64,000 nucleotides of DNA from assembly GCF_009914755.1 (NCBI RefSeq), contig NC_060928.1. One strand, given 5' to 3'. The stretch is from the human T2T-CHM13v2.0 reference genome, Homo sapiens. Positions 51,116-64,000 of the stretch are shown in pieces; the stretch's first letter is position 1, and each line of letters opens with the position of its first letter. The notes under the pieces were generated by a model that worked only from the letters and a program-made list of their open reading frames with translations, was not told the origin of the DNA and did no database searches. A program made the position numbers and the translations under genes.

Positions 51116-52622
51116 CATACAATCTACAGTAATGATCAGTACATGGGATATAGTTTTTTGGTCCAGATAGTGGGTTTGACCACTGCCAACAAAAGGTGAA
51201 TACATTTTTATTGTATCAAATCCCATATTAAATACTCTTTTCAAATATTTTGAAAATATACTTCTAGGCCAGGTGGGCCCCCTAATGACAACTGCAGTCA
51301 AGATGCTTATACCTATGAGAGCAAACCAAAGAAACTTCATAATTATACAATGATACCAAAACAAACCACATTTCTGACTATGGAGTCTGCATTTGACAGA
51401 ACCATCCTGAGAATGGGAAATAAAAATGCTAAGTCACTGAACTACAAAAAGCCTCATGTCTAAAAAGGGGGGAAATCATATGAAGTAAGGATGGACACAA
51501 GTGCCCAAAAATAGAGTATCTAGAAATAATATCTGATGACTATGTCTCATACTTTGCCTTTGTCTAAAAGAGGATGATGGACTAAAAAACATTTTAAGGT
51601 CTTGTCATAGTGAATAGTCCAGCTAGACTCATAGGAATGCCGATCTTTACAAACTTTTCAGGAAGTTTATGACATCCAAGGAGCTATGATCATTGATTAA
51701 ATAAATCTGTTTGTCTTGGGCAAGAAAGGGTTTTGAAATGAACATTTCTCTCCAGTAATCACAGAGGCAAGTGGCTGGTTTTAAAGTAGTCCTTATACTG
51801 TATTTGTGGTCATCTTAAGTACTCATTCAGAGGTCTTAAAACATCCCAGACAGACTTACTCTATTCTATTTTAAACAACATTAACAGAAGGCAATTCTAC
51901 ATCCTCAAATTAAGCATCTCATAAAAATAACTCTTATTCCCGCTGAACTATGCTTTTGCTGTTAATATTTACTGAAAGCCTAGAGAATTTTAGAGTGAAA
52001 AAATTTTAGAAGGAGGCAACATCTATCCAACTTTGAAGTGAGGAATCAACTTATCTCTGAAAATTTAATTAAATTACATCTCAATTTCATAGAGGAGTCA
52101 TCTAGCATTCCCTGACTCTCTTTAAACTTATTTATTATGGAATCAAGAAAATGGCAAAGAAAGTAAAAAAAAGTAAACCACATAGTTTCTGAAAATCTAG
52201 TCATGTTGTAAAGAAGTCATGGACAATGCTTCCTTAACAATGTACTACTGTCAAGGAAACACGTTCTCAAAGAGCCAGACTGATTAATTTCACCAGTGGT
52301 CATGAGCTACAACACAGCCAGGGGACATGACAGATTGACTCTAGGAGAAAACTATTATTTTTCCTCTGCAGCCAATGTTGTAACAGTTGAAATCATAGCT
52401 GGGATGAAGTAAGCTCAATCATGCAGTTAAAGTGTTGCTTTGAACCAACTAGCCAATAATTTTCTCACTAAAATAAAACTTCAGGGAGCAACTCAGAGAA
52501 GTGAAGGAATTGTCCATCACAAAAGATATTTGTTCCCACATTAGAAGCCTAAAACTGATGCTGATTCTTAAAATCACTGAGGCAGGATTGCAATCTCCAT
52601 TCTCAATGTTAAATAGAACATC

Positions 52623-56316
<3,694 letters not shown>

Positions 56317-58099
56317 AGAACATCTTTTTTTAAAGGCTTATAAAAATTGGGGTTTTTGTAAGTATTCTCGGAAATACCAAAACGCTTGCTCTGATCACAC
56401 TTATTTTTCAACAGAAGATAAGCTAACATCCAAATGCAGTTCCTTTATGAAGATGTAACATAAAAGTGACATCACCAAGGTAACTAATCTGCTGAATCAG
56501 AGTAACATATCCTTGGGATTCTATTTTCCAAAGAAAAATAATGATAAAGATATTCTGATTTAATAAAAGAAAAAAAGAAAAAAAAGAAGAGACTAAATTG
56601 GAGATGTGGTAGGATCGAGGGTATGGTGGGTAGAGAGTAGTAAAATGGAGAAGCCCTCCTAGCTGAGTTTTGCCTGGGATTTTGCTACTCATCCAGTTTA
56701 TCAACAGCAGTTCACGGTGGGTTCTAAAATAAACTCACCTGCTCTTTTTTATTGTGCTCTATAGAGTTTTCAGAAATGTATATCCCTGTGTCAATGAATA
56801 AAGAGCATGAACGGAATTTGATATGAAGTTTTTCTGTGGGTGACATCTCTCTCTCTGACTCTCACTCTTCTTCATCAATGCACCATGACATTTTAAGACA
56901 GGACACTGAGTCAGAGGAAGACATCTCGAGAGGAAGAGCTGCATTCCTCTCTGAAGGCATATATGCTGTCCTGATAGTGTATCTGCTGTTCAGTCTGCCC
57001 GTAAGCAGTGCTAGGCTGGGAACTTTGGAGACCACACCATATATCTAACTCAAAGTACAATCTTATTTTGAATGTTAAATGTGGTATCTATATTGAACGT
57101 TTTTTTAAAAAATCAAGGTTCTGTTTAACTTTTTTTCAATTGCTAAATTCTAGAAAAGTTTATCAAAAGCAAATTTTATTTTTCTGGGGGATGGGGTGGG
57201 AGGGTTCCCTCTGCTTTGCCAAGACCCTAAACATAAACTAAAATTGGCCTCTGAAATAATCCAGCACTACCTTGCTATTTAGTAATGTTATTTGTCTCAT
57301 CTTAGATATCTGTTTGTCTTAATTTTCACCCCAATAGAATGTAGGTTCCTTAAGAATGGAGAATATGTTTTACCTATTTATTCACAGCATCAAATTGTCC
57401 CTGGTGTGTGCTTAGTACCTAAAATATAATTATTCAATTAAAAAATGGAAGAAGGGAAAAAAAGAATAGAGAAAACAAATGGAAAGGAAGGCGAGCAGGT
57501 GTCAGACAGGTACAGTATTACTGAATGAAGCAATTACAGGCACCAGACAAGTTTCTACATTTAGGAACCTCATTTATAGCAAGCACACCAGAATCGAGAT
57601 ATTTCTCCATCTTCTCCCACAAGTAATTTTTATTGTATTTTGTACATTATAACATTGTCTGTAGCTTTTGTCTCTACAATCAACCAATCTCATACTTGGC
57701 CGAACTAGTGCTTTCATCCCAGTGCATGATGAATGTGTCAGTAGCTTGCTCATCCTCTCCAGAGAATAGTGGAAATATATCCTTAAAATTGGCCTACTCA
57801 TTTTAATTGCCCACAGTCAAAACCTACAGAGTTATAGCTACAATGAGAAAATTATAGCTATAAAGTTGTTTTATAAAAGTTTCCACTCCTTCAATTATCC
57901 TGTTTTAAAATTGACCAAAATTACCAACATTCTCTTTCTGTTTTGCTTATTCTGAGACCTGAGAGTTCCATTAAAATTAGAGAAAAAAAATTTTCAGATC
58001 TTCATGGGAATAAGATATATATCTCAAAAAGAGCAAATATTTATTTAGTAAGTACCTAGATTTTTTTCTGAGCAAATAGCCACATTATAGGTAAACTAA

Positions 58100-58484
<385 letters not shown>

Positions 58485-58869
58485 TATACTCCATTTTTAA
58501 TGGTTGCATTAGGTCTTTTACAACAGATAGCTGGCCATGCTATCTCAATTCCTCTGTCTTTCCTTCAAATATCATTTCTTATTGTGTCATCTTAAAGAAG
58601 AAAATAGAGAAGATATAGGACACTAGCATGAATATATCTCCAACCATAAATGACCAACAAGTTGGCATTTTTATTAATCCCCTAATATTAACTTATTTTA
58701 TTGTATTTTGCTCTCATCCAAACAGAATAGTTGAAAGAAGCAAAAGTCCATTTAATTAAGGTACCAGCTTAGGTTAGGTTGGGTTACGGTAAATTGGTAA
58801 ATATGATACACTGTAGCTTAATTTGCTAATAAAAAGGATGAATACTGAATCCATGTACCATATCCACTC

Positions 58870-60880
58870 ACAGTGAATTCCCTAGGCAGTCTTCTTGAGT
58901 CTAGCAGAATGTCTTAAATGTTGCTAAATCTTCCTTTGGGACTCACGTGATCCATTTATCGCCTCCCTTTTTTCTTCTATTTTTTATCTTCCACTGATTC
59001 AACAATAACTTCATACCTGGTTCACAGTCTCCCTCTTCATCACTGCCTTCATGCTCCATGAAATTAGTCCTCACGTGGTTGACCAGTTTGATAATCTTGC
59101 CTCACACTCTTTGTCCTCAGTTCTATTTATTACCCACCTCCGCTTGACTTCAGGCATCCACATTTTAGCTTTCTATTACCTAGAACAATTCCATTTTTTA
59201 ACTCTTAAACTCCAAGTTCAAATTTGTTGAACCACATCCTCTTATATCAGTTCCTCACACACATTCCATGCCCTTTTCCCTTTAATCTCTCCATTTGTTC
59301 CCAATTCATCAGTCCATTCCTATTTATTCTCTTTTCTACAACTAATCTAAGTGTCATTCTGAATATACTCTTGCAGACTCCCTTAACACATTCTCCTGAT
59401 CGATTCATCACACACACAAGGCAAAACTTCAGACCTGGATCAGTTCAGCTGTATATTCATTCTTCTTCTATGCCTAGACTGATAGGACCTACTAGAGAAA
59501 AGTCACAATGCTCAATCGTGAAGATGAATGATATGAAAAATTCATGAAAAAAGGATTCCGGCTTCAAGTAAACTCTGAAAATTGGTCTGCAGTCCTGGTC
59601 ATCTCCTTATTCTTTGTCCCACAGAGTCCACATGAAATCATTGCAGGATCTCTATTGTCATTACCTACCTTATCATTTTTAGCAAATCACCTTAACTCCT
59701 TACTTCATAGACGAAAGTCATCATTTGCCTCTCCCCATCACTAGATTGTGTATAACTAACTCAACCTTTCCTTACTCATTTTTTTCCAAGTGGAGGAGCT
59801 CGTTCTCCATTTATGTACTATTCTCTCTTCCCCATTTTCCTTGTTCTCAGGTGCCTCCTCCTATAAATTAACATCCTCCTGTCAACTCCTGGGTTTTAAA
59901 CCCCTTCTATGTTGGTTTACCCCCACTGTATCTATAATTATGTTCAAAATCTTTAGGAATCCATGTCCCCTCTGGATACCACATTGTTTTTTCCTTTTCC
60001 TTTCACAATTACACTGGTAGAAAGAATAGTGCATGCTTGCTGTCTTTTCTTCCTCACCATAAATTTATGCCTCTATCCAATGCAATCTGCCCTTTATCCC
60101 ACTCCAGCCACCAAATCTTTGCTTTTGTCTCAGTGTTGACTCCGAACTTCAAAAAACCCAAATGGAAACTTTCAATTCATATCTTACCTAACCCTTCTGA
60201 AAAATATAGACTACTGCATCCTTTTTGATATTATTTATATCTCTCTCCTTTAACCTCATTCAAGTCTTTGCTAAAATGCCAGCTTCTTGGTGAGACTTAC
60301 CTAACCAGACTGTTACTTAAAATTGCAGCACTGACTCCTGCACTCCCAGTCTCTCTTACATTGCTTTATTATATTTTTATTGTACTTAACATCTTCTAAC
60401 AAAATGTATAATTTACTTATTTATTTCTGTCTCATTTCGGTAGCATATAAGCTAATTTGCTGTTTTCACTGATTTTTATCATTTTATATAAAGTAATAAC
60501 AAAAAATGTTTGTCAGAAGAATGGATCTCTTGGTTTCCAGGGCAACAGTCTCTCTGGGCTTTTCTCCTGACTCTTGAGTTTTTCTTTCTCAGTCTCCTTT
60601 GCAACTCCTGCTACATATCCCTTAACTTCTAATGTTCCCCAAGTTTCCTTACATAGGCTCTTTCTTCATATTTCTCCCTGAGACATCTCAGCCACTGTCA
60701 TGATTGAAACTATCTCCTTCATGTTAGCTTCTGAAATATCTATATTTCCATTCCAAATCTTTCTCTTAAATCCCAAATCCATATATCTAATGTCTTCTTA
60801 AACATCTACATTTGGAGGTCCCACAGACAACACAAACACAAAATATTCAAACTCTCTTCCAACCTACCATAGCCTTTCAC
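58870..60880 (+). mobile_element. Long decayed L2 (probably more than one fragment)
   Basis: Pyrimidine-rich L2 ORF and 3' motifs: ACCACATCCTCTTATATCAGTTC, CCCAAATGGAAACTTTCAATTCATATCTTAC, AAACATCTACATTTGGAGGTCCCACAG. Confidence 0.6.
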
Positions 60881-61439
60881 TCACATGATTGTAACCTAGA
60901 TTTATATTTATATGTCTTCTGTAAAGTACTATTTCTAAGTTAAATAAGATATTTTACCAAACAGCTCTGTATAGAGGTAAAAATGGTACTGTGAATGTGA
61001 AAATGAATCTGTGCTTTATGCAGCCAGGAAGCATTCAAACCACATTAAGAGATTTATATTTCCAATAGTGGGAAACTGAGGTATTTATGATAGATCAAAG
61101 AAAGCCTTGCTTTCATATCTTAGTGATGCTTTTTCTATAATTTTGAATAATCATTAGGTGATTAGTGACTTGGTACACTGAATTTTCTGTAATAAATATA
61201 TAAAGATATAATTTTACAACATTACCATCCAAGCCATTTGCATCTACAAATGAAAACCATCAGCTATCTGCCATTATCCAATAAATTTAACCAAGATGAT
61301 CACAGTTCAGAGATAAACCATACATTTATAATTAAACTATGTTATCTCCAAATGTCAGAGGAAGTGATACATGGGCAAAATCTGCATCATTCTAAATAAA
61401 AGTCAAATAAATATTACATATACAATGGAGTTTGGTGAA

Positions 61440-61850
61440 AATAATACTAAAGTTGAAAACCGACAACCTGGATTCAAATTTCTCTTTTACTACTCATTAA
61501 CTGTTTGGCTTCAAGTAAGTTAATAATAGCCATTCACTCTTCTAAGAGTTTTGCATTTTACAATTCTCACAATAACCCTATACAACAAGCACTATCATTT
61601 TCCCCAGTTTCCAGATGAAGACACTGAGTAGCCTAAAAATAAAGTATTTTACCCAAGATCACTCAGTCTCATTTTGGACCCAGGCTGTTTGATTCTAGAG
61701 CTTCTGTGTTCAATGTCATTCTGTTTTGAGGCTTTCCATTTGTAAAATACGAGTTTCATCTCTAAAATAGGGTTTTAATTAAAATAGCACATAAAATATT
61801 TTGTAAATTTTAAATCACTATCAAATGTAACATGTGGAATTATTAGTCTA
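61440..61850. mobile_element. MIR fragments in both orientations, apparently nested
   Basis: CCTGGATTCAAAT...CTGTTTGGCTTCAAGTAAGTTA (+) flanks CTCACAATAACCCTAT...CCCCAGTTTCCAGATGAAGACACTGAG (-). Confidence 0.6.
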
Positions 61851-62299
61851 ATAAATTGCTAAACTTCCAACAGTGGTTTCTTTCTTTAGGATTTGTACTG
61901 CATCACTCTCTAAATAAATTTGAGAATCTCTTTTCTTGCAGTGGATTCTGTGAATTGAATTTCATCTATGAGTCTTAAGAACTGTTCTACGAGGACCTTA
62001 AAGATAATATTAAAAGTCCATTGAAGTTCAAGGGAGAGTTCTTAGGCACCCTGGCAAATAATTTCCATAGTAGCTCCCTGTAGAAAAATGTACTACAAAT
62101 CAAAGCTGTCTGCATTCTCTAACAATCAATGGGTCACTCTTCATATATCTTTCTTAAAAGAAAACACGTGACTGGCTTTCTATAGAAAATAAAATTATAG
62201 GGAAGTCAGATTTTAATACCATTGAACAAAGACAGTTAGTCCTATAAGAAATATTTTATCCAAAATTTCAGTCCACTATAATATGAATTATAGTTACAT

Positions 62300-62520
62300 T
62301 CTTTCATTTATTCATTCATTTATTCAACTAACTTTACTAAGTATTTACTATGCAAGGCATTGCATTATATGCTGTGGATGCAATGAAGAGATAAACATCA
62401 TTATTGTCCTCAGAGGGTTTACTGTCCAGTGGGGATAATTTTTTACTAAAAAAGTACAATACAACATAATAAGAAAAGTTTAGTGTCCTATAAGAGGACA
62501 AAGGAGAAGCAATTAACCTT
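62300..62520 (-). mobile_element. L2 3' end
   Basis: TTCATTTATTCATTCATTTATTCAACTAACTTTACTAAGTATTTACTATGCAAGGCATTG. Confidence 0.7.
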
Positions 62521-63515
62521 TGAGATGTTTGACACATATTTCAATGGCTATGCTAATCCATTTTTCATGACACAGAAAATACAGCATCTTTGTAATGTTT
62601 TAGCGCTTTGCAAACTAAATATTAAGATATCAGCTCATTCCAAGGCCTACCTTAATACAGAAGTAGATCCAGCAACTTGTCCTTCACAATAATAATAGTT
62701 TCAATAATAATTCATCACGTAATTGTTGACCACCTCTTTGGATGATACTGTTGAATCACTTTGACAATTTAAAATCATTTGCTGGTGCAAAGTGGAATAT
62801 GGGTTTTCTTTTTTGTAACAGGAGCTAAATTTGTCTGTAGATATGCCAAACCCTACCCAAGTTAGGAACTTTAACTGTCACGTGCCTTTTTAAACTTTTC
62901 TCTAGTTCTGTTTGATCCAACAAATCCCTAATTAGAAGCATAATGTGTGTGGGTAAAGGGTTAACAAAATATTTTCCCTTTCTCCCTTAGAATCTGATCT
63001 TTAATTCACTTTCTAGATCTATTCCCTTGACAACCTGATAAAGGAAGTATGTCAAATATGCTAATAGGCAGGATTGCTTGGGGTAAAAATAAACTGATTG
63101 GCTAATTGTATGTGGAGTGAGAAAAATTATAAATAAATGATAAATACCTGATAGGGATACTATAGCTTTAGACTTTTGTGACTGGACATGCCTTTTTCAG
63201 AGACCACAGAAGCCCTGCCTATGGAGTTGTTACAAAAGATACTGGCTCCTGTGGGACATGTGGTTTTTAAACCAGGGGAATTTTCACAGCTGCTCTGAGA
63301 ATCATTCTTTCATAGCAAAGAGAAAGCAAAGAGTATAGCTCTTGTGCTGCAGCAAAGACTTCACCATGCACTGCCGTGAGGGCTAGTTCCACAGAAGAGT
63401 AATAACTGACATTGCCCTGCTGGGCAACTAAGGTTCTTGTCCCATATGCTTCTAAGCAAATTTGATGCCATGTGTAATTTATGATAATCTTGTGAGTCTA
63501 ATTATTTAATATAAC

Positions 63516-63905
63516 TGCTATGATTTGTTGCGCTATGATTTGTTATGAATTGCTATGAATGTGTCCTCCAAAGTTCCTGTGTTGGAAACTTAATTTTCAA
63601 TGCAACAGTGTTGAGAAGTGGGACTTTTGAGAGGTGGGACTTTTAAGAGGTGATTAGGTCACTATAGCGGGAGTGGGTTAGCTATCACAGGAGTGGGTTT
63701 CCTCCCCCTCCCCTCTCTCATGCACATACAATCTTTTGCCCTTTTGCCTTCAGCCACAGGATGACACAAAAAGTAAGCTCTCACCAGATATGGGTCCCTC
63801 GACCTCGGATTTCCCAGGCTCCAGTACTATAAAAAATAAATCGCTGTTCTTTATAAAATACCCAGTTTCCAGTACCCTGTTGTAGCCGCATAAAGCAGAC
63901 TAAGA
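63516..63905 (+). mobile_element. MST (C/D-like) MaLR LTR
   Basis: TGAATGTGTCCTCCAAAGTTC...GTTGGAAACTTAAT and TTCTTTATAAAATACCCAG...GACTAAGA. Confidence 0.75.
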
Positions 63906-64000
63906 ACCTAAAAAGACCCCCTGGCCCCCACCTTCAGAGTTTAGGGCAAAGTAATGGCAGATAATAGAATAATACATAAGTAATTAATAAGCATGTCAGG

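Noticed and set aside
56836-57048. + strand 70-aa ORF with acidic and hydrophobic segments and a CCC/GTAAGC donor-like site
   Set aside because: GTG start with an in-frame stop just upstream, no recognisable homology and a weak donor context.

Overview
AT-rich primate (human or great-ape-like) non-coding DNA, mostly interspersed repeats. There are three L1PA elements on the - strand: a twin-primed, 5'-inverted L1PA3-like copy, a full-length L1PA8A-like copy, and a young 5'-truncated L1PA2/L1HS-like copy with a 929-aa open ORF2 stretch. The rest includes nested ancient L1M copies, eleven Alus, several ERVL/MaLR LTRs with an ERVL pol remnant, MER58A and MER91A hAT elements, L2 and MIR fossils. 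I found no recognisable host protein-coding gene, RNA gene or prokaryotic system; all long ORFs are L1-derived. The most unusual observations are (1) an L1 inversion whose breakpoint falls on the RT FADD codons and whose target site is the homologous position of an ancient L1, suggesting homology-guided twin priming, (2) a 104-bp spacerless palindrome in apparently unique DNA, and (3) a locally templated ~95-bp duplication inside an L2. Subfamily names come from recalled consensus sequences, not a database search, and the boundaries of old repeats are approximate.
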